64,000 nucleotides of DNA from an uncultured Pelagibacteraceae bacterium (GCA_902623495.1 CACNTW010000003.1:36240-100239); one strand, 5' to 3'. Counted from the stretch's first letter, positions 29,381-38,661 are shown. Notes: generated from the letters alone by a model not told the origin. A program made the numbers and translations.

Positions 29381-31531
29381 TTATTTGCCTATAGATATTA
29401 AGGTTAAGTCGTCACTTAGCTTGTTATCCCCAGCAGTATTAATTACTGAATTTGATATATCTGATAACTGTTTGCTAGAATCTGTATTAAAATTTTGTTC
29501 TATAATTTTTAATGAACCATCTATTCCTATTTCTTCACCTGAGCTATTTAAGCTTTCGGATAAACCATCAGTAAAAGCATAAAACCTATTATTTCCTAGC
29601 TTAACTTTGTGACTTTTATAAACAGATTTATCTTTTTGAAGTATTACTCCCATGGGTGGCGAATTACTCTCAAATTGCTCATAATTTCCTGATGATGATC
29701 TAATTATAGCTGGCTGATGACCTCCATTAACCCATCTTAATTCATCAGTCCTCATGTTATATTCTCCCAATATACTAGTAACAAACATGCCTCCAGTTTT
29801 AGTTAAAAATAGATCATTATTCATATGAAACATCATTTCATCTGGATCTACTTGATCTCTAGACATAATCTCAAATAAAGTTGATGCTTTTGCCATTACC
29901 ATTCCGGCATGAATTCCTTTACCTGCAACATCTGCAATAATAAAATAAACACTATCATTGTGAGGATAAAAGCTGAAGAAATCTCCAGAAACTTCTCTAG
30001 CTGCAATATTTATTCCATGTACAGGATAATTTTCTAAATTCCTCTTTGGTAGAAAATTTTCTTGAACTTTCACAGCAAGTTTTACTTCATTTGATATTCT
30101 GTCTCTCCATACTTTCTTTTCAGCTTCACTAGTTTCTAGTTTGCTCATCAATCTATTATAATAAAGTCCAATTACACCACCTGCAGTAAATGGATCTTGA
30201 GGTCCTCTAATTGTTAAATCTCCAGACTCAGATTGTTTTTCTAATATTGTAATTAAATCATGTTCTACAGAAGTTGCATTGTGTTCAGCAATATTCAGAC
30301 CTAGCTCTTCATGTAAAGGACTTACTCTTAAAGGATAGAAGTAATTTAAAATTTTCAATAAAATATATGATCCAAAAAAAGAGAATGCGCCAATAGACAC
30401 AATTCCAATAAACTGTGCTTTAATTTGCTCTAATCTAGTTAATCCAGTTCCAAGTATTTCAAGATCACTAAATAATCCAACTGCTATAGTGCCCCAAACA
30501 CCTGCTGCCAAATGAACTGGTACAGCTCCAACAACATCATCTATTTCAAATTTATTTAAAAATTCATTAACAAAAATTGCTACCACTGCACCAATAATAC
30601 CTACGAAAATTGATGTAACAGAAGTCATCGAATTACATCCTGCTGTAATTGCAACCAATCCTGCAAGTGGTCCAAGAATTACATAGTAAGGATCTGGTTT
30701 TTTAAATAATGCAAATGAAATTCCAAGACCTGTTAATAATCCAAAAGAAGCAGCTAGAAATGTATTTATTAAAATTAGTGGAACTGCCTCATCCATAGCT
30801 CCGTTACTTCCGCCATTAAATCCAAACCAACCAAACCACAAAATTAAGGTTCCCAGAACTGCAAGTGGAAAACTTGACCCTGTAAACTTTCCTTTATTAG
30901 CATCTGAATATTTTCCAATTCTTGGACCCAAAATTAATACTGCTGATAATGCAATCCATCCACCTACTGAATGAACAATGGTGCTTCCTGCGAAATCAAC
31001 AAATCCAATATCTGTCAGCCATCCTGTAGTTTTAACTTGTCCTGTAACAGCAAGTAATTGTCTCGTTGCATCAATGTTATTTAAATAACTAGATGACCAA
31101 GCCCAATGACCAACTATTGGATAAATTATTCCTGTAGCAATAATTGTTATGATTAAATAGCCATTAAACTTCATTCTTTCTGCAACAGCGCCCGATACAA
31201 TAGTTGCTGCAGTTGCAACAAACATTGCCTGAAACACAAAGTAAGTCATGTATTCAGCTCGATCAGTTTTAAAGAAAAATAAATCGGTTCCAAAATAACC
31301 ATTAAAGCTCTTACCAAACATCAAACCGAAGCCAAATAACCAAAAGATAACAACTGCTAATCCAAAATCAGCTGCGTTTTTTAATGCTACGTTAATACTA
31401 TTTTTATGCCTTGATAGTCCTGTTTCCATACACATGAAACCTGCCTGCATTATGAAAACTAAAATTGCGCAGTCTATAACCCAAAGGGTATCAACAAATG
31501 ATTTTACTGATTCCAGATCTACATTCTCCAT
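29381..31531 (-). CDS. Ammonium transporter (Amt) fused via a HAMP-like/coiled linker to a SpoIIE/PP2C phosphatase
   Basis: Amt motifs: MQAGF, FQAMF, SGAVAER, DFAGSTIVHSVGG, LWFGWFGFNGGS, DDVVGAVPVH. Linker GDLTIRGPQDPF...YYNRL. SpoIIE motifs: VSGDFF, ADVAGKG, FTDGLSE, DDLTL. Confidence 0.92.
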   Translation of the reverse strand: MENVDLESVKSFVDTLWVIDCAILVFIMQAGFMCMETGLSRHKNSINVALKNAADFGLAVVIFWLFGFGLMFGKSFNGYFGTDLFFFKTDRAEYMTYFVFQAMFVATAATIVSGAVAERMKFNGYLIITIIATGIIYPIVGHWAWSSSYLNNIDATRQLLAVTGQVKTTGWLTDIGFVDFAGSTIVHSVGGWIALSAVLILGPRIGKYSDANKGKFTGSSFPLAVLGTLILWFGWFGFNGGSNGAMDEAVPLILINTFLAASFGLLTGLGISFALFKKPDPYYVILGPLAGLVAITAGCNSMTSVTSIFVGIIGAVVAIFVNEFLNKFEIDDVVGAVPVHLAAGVWGTIAVGLFSDLEILGTGLTRLEQIKAQFIGIVSIGAFSFFGSYILLKILNYFYPLRVSPLHEELGLNIAEHNATSVEHDLITILEKQSESGDLTIRGPQDPFTAGGVIGLYYNRLMSKLETSEAEKKVWRDRISNEVKLAVKVQENFLPKRNLENYPVHGINIAAREVSGDFFSFYPHNDSVYFIIADVAGKGIHAGMVMAKASTLFEIMSRDQVDPDEMMFHMNNDLFLTKTGGMFVTSILGEYNMRTDELRWVNGGHQPAIIRSSSGNYEQFESNSPPMGVILQKDKSVYKSHKVKLGNNRFYAFTDGLSESLNSSGEEIGIDGSLKIIEQNFNTDSSKQLSDISNSVINTAGDNKLSDDLTLISIGK

Positions 31532-31598
31532 TTCATCCTCTTAAGGTTATATTTATTTTAAAGTTCATAATAGAAAGTAGATGGTCAAAATAGGTTAG

Positions 31599-31844
31599 TT
31601 AATCTTTTTTTTTCCAGATAAAATAAAACAAATAGGGACAAAGTGCTGGAACAACCCCAAACCAAAACCACTCATCCCATCTAAAGCTTTTATCCATCAT
31701 TGGGCTTCTTAAACCATTCCACCAAGTTAAATAACCAATCATTATTATCCACGCTAAACTGGCAGTTGCATAAATTTTAAAGTTTTTTGAAAGGTCTCCT
31801 GAGAAGACCAATTTAACTTGTTCAATATATTTATTGAAGTCCAT
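31599..31844 (-). CDS. Small hypothetical membrane protein (81 aa, two TM, Trp-rich)
   Basis: Two hydrophobic helices; co-oriented between pilE and the Amt fusion. Confidence 0.7.
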   Translation of the reverse strand: MDFNKYIEQVKLVFSGDLSKNFKIYATASLAWIIMIGYLTWWNGLRSPMMDKSFRWDEWFWFGVVPALCPYLFYFIWKKKD

Positions 31845-31853
31845 TTTAATAAT

Positions 31854-32312
31854 TTAACAGTTAGTGTTCTTATCGAGAACTGATTTATGAGTATAAGTCA
31901 TAATGCATGGTTTTGATGTTTCTTGTTCCTCAGTTTTAATTTTGTATCCATCTGAAAAAGCTTCAACACAAAATTCATAGCCTACCTTCTCAACTATAAC
32001 ATCTGCTTCACCTAATAATTCTTTCTCAATTTCATTTGATGGATCTGATTTTCCTGTGATATTACAAGTTTTGGTAAAGAAATAAGTATCGTTATCTGAA
32101 TAATACTCTGACTGAGCTAATGATATTTGCATCATTATATTTTCTGCAGATTTTTTTTTAGATGCTCCAACGTAACCATTGTAACTAACAATTCCTATAG
32201 CTGATATTATTCCTAGTATTGCTACTACCACCAAAAGCTCAATGAGTGAGAACCCAGAGCTTTTAGTAGTCATAAAAGAACTTTTCAAAATAAAAGTTTT
32301 ACTTTTATTCAA
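31854..32312 (-). CDS. pilE: Type IV minor pilin (PilE-like)
   Basis: Class III signal G|FSLIELLVVVAILGII with E5; KSAENIMMQISLAQSEYY helix typical of PilE; C-terminal Cys residues. Confidence 0.8.
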   Translation of the reverse strand: MNKSKTFILKSSFMTTKSSGFSLIELLVVVAILGIISAIGIVSYNGYVGASKKKSAENIMMQISLAQSEYYSDNDTYFFTKTCNITGKSDPSNEIEKELLGEADVIVEKVGYEFCVEAFSDGYKIKTEEQETSKPCIMTYTHKSVLDKNTNC

Positions 32313-32796
32313 TAAGAAGAGTATCGTTTAGTGGATCTTCTCCACTAGCAGTACATGTTGAAACAGTAACCTGACTAGCAGTACTTTTTACATTTGTTCT
32401 GCCTTGCGTATCTGTTGTACAATTAGCTTTTGCATCAAATTTTGCTGCATCAAAAATTGCTGATCCAGAACCACCAGTTGTTCCATATGAGTTTTTAAAT
32501 TCAGATAATGCTAAAGCTGCTGCTTTACTTACTTCTCCAGCAGATGTTCTGCTGCTACAAGTTAATTTATCAGCACCAGCTTTATCTTTCATTGCAGAAC
32601 TCTCTCCAATATTACATTTTTGTAATTCTGCAGCTATGTATTTAACAACTGTTGCATGGTTAGACTTTGCTCCAGACTTTTTCGCACTTGATGTATATCC
32701 AGAATAAGCAACTACTCCAACAGCAGCAAGAATACCGATAATGGCTACAACAACTAATAATTCTATAAGTGTAAAACCTTTATTATTTTTTTTCAT
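32305..32796 (-). CDS. pilA: Type IVa pilin, probable major pilin
   Basis: MKKNNKG|FTLIELLVVVAIIGILAAVGVVAY. RBS AGGA upstream of ATG 32796 (ORF-track start 32862 is too long). First gene behind a dedicated promoter region. Confidence 0.8.
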   Translation of the reverse strand: MKKNNKGFTLIELLVVVAIIGILAAVGVVAYSGYTSSAKKSGAKSNHATVVKYIAAELQKCNIGESSAMKDKAGADKLTCSSRTSAGEVSKAAALALSEFKNSYGTTGGSGSAIFDAAKFDAKANCTTDTQGRTNVKSTASQVTVSTCTASGEDPLNDTLLIE

Positions 32797-32884
32797 AATT
32801 TGTGTTCCTATTTTAAATAAAAAATATGTATATACATAATAATTATATCTCTTGAAAGTCAATATCTATATATGAAATCTATTC

Positions 32885-32919
32885 AAAATGGGTCATTTTT
32901 GTTGATTTCACAGTGAAAT
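32885..32919. promoter_or_regulatory. Two adjacent inverted repeats in the divergent pilA / STAS promoter region
   Basis: AAAATG-GGT-CATTTT (32885-32899) and ATTTCAC-A-GTGAAAT (32905-32919). Confidence 0.35.
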
Positions 32920-32938
32920 TTAATAAATATCAATATTT

Positions 32939-33238
32939 ATGTCATACAAAGTTACAGAAGAAGGCGGAATATCAATTGTTCACCTTGATGGTGAAATTGA
33001 TATGGACGTAACAGAAAAAGCAAAAGAAATTATAATGCCTTTAATAGAGGCAAAAAAAGAAGTTCATCTAAATTTAAAAGAAGTTCAGTATATGGACTCA
33101 TCAGGCATCTCAGTTTTGATTGAAAGTCATCAAAAAGCAACCGAACTTGGAACAAAAGTTATTTTAAAAGATATTAGCAAGTCAGTTTTGAAAGTTATTA
33201 TGATGGCAAAACTAGAACAAATTTTAAACTTAGGATAA
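32939..33238 (+). CDS. STAS-domain anti-sigma factor antagonist (RsbV/SpoIIAA-like)
   Basis: LDGEID and LNLKEVQYMDSSGISVLI with the conserved phospho-acceptor Ser in DSSG. Confidence 0.92.
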   Translation: MSYKVTEEGGISIVHLDGEIDMDVTEKAKEIIMPLIEAKKEVHLNLKEVQYMDSSGISVLIESHQKATELGTKVILKDISKSVLKVIMMAKLEQILNLG

Positions 33239-33241
33239 ATA

Positions 33242-33670
33242 ATGAATAATCTTGCTCAAATATCAGAACAGAGAGATTTTGTCGTAAGTTCATCTAGCCT
33301 TAAAGATGTAAGAAGTTTTTCAAGAGAAGTTTTTGAAAAAGTAAATATTGAACAAGATTTAAAAGACGAATTAGTACTAGCGATAGCAGAAGCAGCCCAG
33401 AATATTGTTAAACATGCTTATCAAGGTGAGGATACTGAGGATAAAATGGAGATAAAAATTTCTTTAGCAAATGGTAATTTAGAAATTGGATTTTTTGATA
33501 AAGGAAGACCAGTTGAAAAAGATAAAATTCGACATAGAAAAATTGATGATATTAAACCAGGCGGACTTGGAACTTTTTTTATTCAACAAATAATGGATGC
33601 AGTAGTATTTAAAGAAGGTGAAAAGCCTTGGATCAACCATTTAATTTTGTCAAAAAAAATAAATTATTGA
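33242..33670 (+). CDS. RsbW/SpoIIAB-like anti-sigma factor Ser/Thr kinase (HATPase_c_2)
   Basis: N-box LAIAEAAQNIVKHAY, G1 DKG, G2 KPGGLGTFFIQQIMD. Confidence 0.9.
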   Translation: MNNLAQISEQRDFVVSSSSLKDVRSFSREVFEKVNIEQDLKDELVLAIAEAAQNIVKHAYQGEDTEDKMEIKISLANGNLEIGFFDKGRPVEKDKIRHRKIDDIKPGGLGTFFIQQIMDAVVFKEGEKPWINHLILSKKINY

Positions 33671-34905
33671 CCTATAATTGCACCAACATTAAAGATCGGT
33701 GAATACATCGCTATCATCAAACCACCAATCATAGTACCCATAAATACTATCATGATGGGTTCAATTAAACTCGACATATTATCTACAGCTGTATCAAACT
33801 CTTCTTCATAGTAAGCCGACACTGATGTAAACATTTCATCCAAGTTACCAGTTTGTTCACCAACTGATATAAGCTGACTAAAAGTCGGAGGGAACACTGG
33901 TTCTTTTAAAAATAATTTTGTTAGAGTATCACCAGAGAAAACACCTTTTTTTACATTTTCCAAAGCTTGAGTAACCACATCATTATTACTTACTTGTTTT
34001 GCAATTTCTATACTCTCAAGCAAGTTTACACCTGCAGAACTAAGATTACCCATAATCAGGGATATTCTTGCAATTAATGATTTTAAAATCATATCTCCAA
34101 ATACAGGCATTTTTAAAACTCTATTGTGCCATTTATATCTTACAGCTGGTATTTTTGTTGTTGTATATTTAAATAAAGCAAAACCAATTATACAAACTAT
34201 AGCTAAAGTCAAACCGCCTGCTCCTCTCATAAAATTACTTGCATTCATAATAACCGCTGTCGGAGTTGGTAAAGCTACTCCCATACCCTCATACATTTCG
34301 GCAAATATTGGAACAACTTTTATTAACATGAAAACCATAACTGTTATAGCAACAACAAACATCACTACGGGATAAGTTAATGCACTTTTGATTTTCTTTT
34401 TTACTTTCTCTCTTTTCTCAAGTGAGTCTACCAATTTAAGTAAAAAAACATCTAACTTACCACTCGCTTCTCCTGCCTTGATTAAGTTTATATAAATATT
34501 ATCAAAAATTTTAGGATACTTTTCAAAACATTTGGATAAAGTTACACCCCCCTCTAAACTTTTTCTTATGTCCTCAATGATTTCTTTCATTGTTGGGTGT
34601 TCAATTTGATCACGTAACATTGATAGAACATTCAAAATTGGCAGGCCTGCTTTAACCATTGTGGCAAACTGTTTTGAGAAAATCATCACATCTTGGGGTG
34701 ATACTTTTTTCTTTCCGAATGAAAAACTGCTTTTTTTACCTTTTTCTTTTGCTGCTTTTTTCTTTTTAGTTTTGACTAAATTTGTGATTATTATCTTTTG
34801 TTCTTTTAACTTATAAGACGCCTCTTCTTGATTAAGAGCTTCTATTTCTCCCTCTATATATTTTCCAGCGGAAATACCTTTGTATGTAAATGTTTCAGAG
34901 GACAT
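33664..34905 (-). CDS. pilC: Type IV pilus inner membrane platform protein
   Basis: Two T2SSF domains; FATMVKAGLPI, AGEASGKLD, ALTYP, VGEQTGNLD, LIEPIMI. Confidence 0.95.
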   Translation of the reverse strand: MSSETFTYKGISAGKYIEGEIEALNQEEASYKLKEQKIIITNLVKTKKKKAAKEKGKKSSFSFGKKKVSPQDVMIFSKQFATMVKAGLPILNVLSMLRDQIEHPTMKEIIEDIRKSLEGGVTLSKCFEKYPKIFDNIYINLIKAGEASGKLDVFLLKLVDSLEKREKVKKKIKSALTYPVVMFVVAITVMVFMLIKVVPIFAEMYEGMGVALPTPTAVIMNASNFMRGAGGLTLAIVCIIGFALFKYTTTKIPAVRYKWHNRVLKMPVFGDMILKSLIARISLIMGNLSSAGVNLLESIEIAKQVSNNDVVTQALENVKKGVFSGDTLTKLFLKEPVFPPTFSQLISVGEQTGNLDEMFTSVSAYYEEEFDTAVDNMSSLIEPIMIVFMGTMIGGLMIAMYSPIFNVGAIIGQ

Positions 34906-34908
34906 TTA

Positions 34909-36657
34909 TTAATCCATTGAAAGAACTCTATCAAACTCCCTGAAATTTAAATCTCCAGTTAATATAAGCTCTCTTCCCATATCTTGCATCGTTCTAAAGC
35001 CTTCATTAGAAGCAATTTCTTTTAGCTCTGGTGTCGTGGCTTTTCTTAAAATTGCTTCTTTAATAGGCTTAGTAACATTTAAAATTTCATAAATACCCAT
35101 TCGACCTTTGTATCCGCTATCTTTACATTTTGCACAACCCTTTCCTTTTTGAACTTTTGCTCTGGAAGCCTGTTCTACTGTAAAACCAAGATCAGCTAAA
35201 GCTTTTGGAGTAATGTCATTATCTGGTTCTCTACACTCTGTACAAGTTTTTCTTGCTAATCTTTGTGCCAAAACCAAACTTACAGCTGCACTAATTAAAT
35301 AATCCGGTGTTCCCATGTTCTGTAATCTTGTGATTGTGCTTGGCGCATCATTTGTGTGAAGTGTACTAAAAACTAAGTGTCCTGTTAGTGCTGCTTTTAA
35401 TCCAATATCAACTGTTTCTTTATCCCTCATCTCTCCAACTAGAATTATCTCGGGGTCCTGTCTTAAAAATGATCTTAAAGCTGTTGCAAAATTAAAACCA
35501 ATATCATCTTTAATTTGAACTTGTCCCACACCATCAAGTTCATACTCAACTGGATCTTCAGCAGTTAATATATTTAAATGGGGTTGAGAAACTTCCTTTA
35601 AAATACTGTATAGTGTTGTTGTCTTTCCTGAACCGGTCGGACCTGTTACAAGTACTAATCCTTGTGTACCATGAATTGCTTTCCTCAAATTTTTTAAATC
35701 TGTTTCTTCAAAATTTAATTGCTCTAAACTTATATCTCCTGCATCTTTATTTAGAACCCTCATTACAATTCTTTCATTTGTAGCTGTTGGCAAAATAGAA
35801 AGACGAAGATCAACAACTTTTCCATCAATTTTAAATGGTATGGCGCCATCTTGTGGAAGTCTTCTCTCTGCAATGTCTAATTTTCCCATAATTTTAAATC
35901 TTGTTACAACTGCACCATAATTAGAGTGCAAAAATTTTTTAAAATGCTCTTGCTCTGTAAGGATACCATCTAATCTATATCTTACTCTTGATGAGAACCT
36001 ATATGGTTCAATATGAATATCAGATACACCAGCTTTAATGGCGTCAGCAACTACAGCTGTACTAAATTTTATAACCTCAGACTCATTTTCAATTGCTTCT
36101 ATATCTTCTTCAGGTTGACTTTCTAAAACTTCTGCTTGTTCATCAACATCATAATCAAACGTTTTAGTTTTTTCAGCTTGGGTTTGTCTAATATCTGAAA
36201 TAGTTTTTTCACCATCTGCTAAAAGTTTATCTACAAAATTTGAGATATCTGAAACTTTTGCGGCATGTAATTCTATATCCATTTTTGTGATGGTTCTTAA
36301 GTTTCTCATCAAACTTAATTTTGAGATATCCGAAATTGCTATATGCAGAACTTTTCCTTCAATTTTAAAAGGTGCTATAAAATTCATATTTATATAATTG
36401 GAGGGAAGCACAGCTTTTAGCTCTTCGGTCGCTTCGATTGTTGATAAATCTACAACATCTAAAGACTGATCATGAACTAATAAATCTAATATTTTTTGTT
36501 CATCTGTTAAATTTAATTCAAACACAGCATCTAGTTGTGATTTATTTCCGTCACTAGAAATTTTTTTTATTTCAGCTAAGTCTTTTCCTGAAATAATATC
36601 TTGATCTATCAAGATATTAATTAAATTAATCTCAGACTCTCTACTTATATTAATCAT
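34909..36657 (-). CDS. pilB: Type IV pilus extension ATPase
   Basis: LDIAERRLPQDG, GPTGSGKTT, AEDPVE, LRQDPEIILVGEMRD, TLHTND, tetra-Cys Zn motif (CTEC...CAKC). Confidence 0.93.
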   Translation of the reverse strand: MINISRESEINLINILIDQDIISGKDLAEIKKISSDGNKSQLDAVFELNLTDEQKILDLLVHDQSLDVVDLSTIEATEELKAVLPSNYINMNFIAPFKIEGKVLHIAISDISKLSLMRNLRTITKMDIELHAAKVSDISNFVDKLLADGEKTISDIRQTQAEKTKTFDYDVDEQAEVLESQPEEDIEAIENESEVIKFSTAVVADAIKAGVSDIHIEPYRFSSRVRYRLDGILTEQEHFKKFLHSNYGAVVTRFKIMGKLDIAERRLPQDGAIPFKIDGKVVDLRLSILPTATNERIVMRVLNKDAGDISLEQLNFEETDLKNLRKAIHGTQGLVLVTGPTGSGKTTTLYSILKEVSQPHLNILTAEDPVEYELDGVGQVQIKDDIGFNFATALRSFLRQDPEIILVGEMRDKETVDIGLKAALTGHLVFSTLHTNDAPSTITRLQNMGTPDYLISAAVSLVLAQRLARKTCTECREPDNDITPKALADLGFTVEQASRAKVQKGKGCAKCKDSGYKGRMGIYEILNVTKPIKEAILRKATTPELKEIASNEGFRTMQDMGRELILTGDLNFREFDRVLSMD

Positions 36658-38222
36658 TATAAAATTCTTGGCGCTATAAATACCAATAATTCATCAAGGT
36701 TATCAGAGTTTGCCTTACCTTTAAAGAGATTACCAATCACAGGTACATTTCCAATACCAGGAGTTTGGTTTTTACTCTGAGAAAGCACGTTTTTCTTAAT
36801 ACCACCAATCACAACAATATCTCCATCTGCAACTAGTAATTTTGTTACAATTTCCATTTTATTGATAGGTGGCTCATCACCTCCGGCTGATCTGTTAGGA
36901 GTATCGTTATTTACTTTAATAGTTAATAGAACGTTTCCATCTCCAATAATGCTTGGAGTGACCTCTAATTTCAATGCAGCTTCTTTAAAAGAAGTAGAGG
37001 TTGTACCATCAGACGTAGTTTGATAAGGAATTTCCTCACCTTGCGTTACAGTTGCTAGCTGGTTATCCAAAGTAAATACTTTTGGATTTGATATTGTTTT
37101 ACCCATTCCCATACTCTCTAATGCTGTTATTTCAGCTTTAAGAACTCCTGTGGGTGTTCGTCTCAAAATTCCGATACCACTTGTAGCGCCAGTAACTGGA
37201 AAATTAGCTATGCTATCTGTTGCTGATCCAAGCCCTGCGGCAGTATCTAAATCAGTTCCAAATGCACTTCCACTACTAGTTCCTGCTGTACCCCCTGATA
37301 TTTTTCCACCTCTATTATAATAGCCGCCTATCCTAGTACCGAGCGCTCTTTCAAAATCTGAGTTAGCTTCGACAATGAATGCTTCAATTAAAACTTGTTT
37401 GGTTCTTATATCTATCTCTTTCACAACTTTATCAACCACATCTAAGTCTTTTTCTTTACCTCTTACTATTATTGACCTTGTAGTTATTTCTTCTGTTATT
37501 TGAATTGGTGTAAAGGAACTATCTCCACCTGCTGATTGTGTAAATAATTCCTCAATTGTCTGTTTAGCTTGAGACGGTGTTATATAATAAAGTCTAAATA
37601 TTTCAGAATATATTGGTTCAACGCTATCTTCCAATTCTACTTTTCTCTTAACTGCCTGAGCTCTTTCAGATTTATAAGTTTCTTGAGCAGTTAAAGTTTC
37701 TGGTGAGTGTATTCTTATTAAATTACTTGCTACATCAACATCTGAAGCAAAATTTTTCATATCTAGTAATGCCTGAAAAGCTTTATCCCAAGGAACATCT
37801 ATTAATTCTGCTGATATTGCACCAGCTACCTCGTCACCAACAAGAATATTTATTTCTCCAATTTTACCCATTAATTCCATTGTTTCTTTGTAATCTAAGT
37901 TTTTAAATTTTAACGTAACTCTTTGTTTCAATAATGGATAATCATCTGGAATGATTAAATAATTTCTTTGCGATTCAGATGATATTTTTTTTCTTTTGCC
38001 TAATTTTCTAGAGTCACCTTCAATAGGTTTTGGTCCCATCTCTAAAGTTTTTGCAACTTCTGACTTTCCAGATGCAACTATGTTTTTATCCTTTATTAAC
38101 GGGGTATTATGCTTAAAGGGTTTGTTGTATTTTTTTCCAAATTGTGAATTTGGACCACAGGCGCTAATAATAAGTACAATAGTAAATAGTAAAACTATGT
38201 TAAAAAACTTTTTAATAATCAT
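36657..38222 (-). CDS. pilQ: Type IV pilus secretin (short, probably lipoprotein)
   Basis: VPWDKAF (N0), QVLIEAFIVEA, ISNPKVFTLDNQLATVTQGEEIPY, LKLEVTP, PGIGNVPVIGNLFK, LVFIAPRIL. Likely start MIIKK at 38222 with lipobox ISA-C. Confidence 0.93.
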   Translation of the reverse strand: MIIKKFFNIVLLFTIVLIISACGPNSQFGKKYNKPFKHNTPLIKDKNIVASGKSEVAKTLEMGPKPIEGDSRKLGKRKKISSESQRNYLIIPDDYPLLKQRVTLKFKNLDYKETMELMGKIGEINILVGDEVAGAISAELIDVPWDKAFQALLDMKNFASDVDVASNLIRIHSPETLTAQETYKSERAQAVKRKVELEDSVEPIYSEIFRLYYITPSQAKQTIEELFTQSAGGDSSFTPIQITEEITTRSIIVRGKEKDLDVVDKVVKEIDIRTKQVLIEAFIVEANSDFERALGTRIGGYYNRGGKISGGTAGTSSGSAFGTDLDTAAGLGSATDSIANFPVTGATSGIGILRRTPTGVLKAEITALESMGMGKTISNPKVFTLDNQLATVTQGEEIPYQTTSDGTTSTSFKEAALKLEVTPSIIGDGNVLLTIKVNNDTPNRSAGGDEPPINKMEIVTKLLVADGDIVVIGGIKKNVLSQSKNQTPGIGNVPVIGNLFKGKANSDNLDELLVFIAPRIL

Positions 38223-38661
38223 CTGCCTCTCTGACTTGATTATTAAAATCAATAATCATAAATTTTCCATCTTCTTTTTTAAAAATTGCTTCAGTCAATC
38301 TTAGATCCACAAGTTGAATTTTTCCTAAAAATTGACCAAGAGTTAAAGTCAAAACTTCACCTCCAGAATTTACTATTGAAATATAACTGTGATCCTTTCC
38401 AGATATAAGACCAGCTAATTTAAAATTATATAAACTAAGTTCGTTCTCTTGTTCATCAGCAGGTATATTTCCGGACATTGAACTTGTACCTTCATTTCCT
38501 GCAAAAGGATCATTTAAAGGAACTTCCTCTTCATTTTCTAATTCTTTAGCTATTTCATTAACTTTATCTAAAACTTCTTGCTTTTGATCGTGACTGTCAG
38601 CTAGTGCTAACGAATTAATTAATGTAAATAATAAAATAAATATTATTTTAAAAAAATTCAT
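38212..38661 (-). CDS. pilP: PilP-like pilus assembly protein
   Basis: Position between pilO and pilQ; NDPF and LxxYxFKLAGLI...GQFLG pattern of the PilP domain; no lipobox Cys. Confidence 0.65.
   Translation of the reverse strand: MNFFKIIFILLFTLINSLALADSHDQKQEVLDKVNEIAKELENEEEVPLNDPFAGNEGTSSMSGNIPADEQENELSLYNFKLAGLISGKDHSYISIVNSGGEVLTLTLGQFLGKIQLVDLRLTEAIFKKEDGKFMIIDFNNQVREADDY

Noticed and set aside
29352-29582. 76-aa plus-strand ORF overlapping the end of the Amt fusion
   Set aside because: Mostly antisense to the SpoIIE domain; no RBS or motif.
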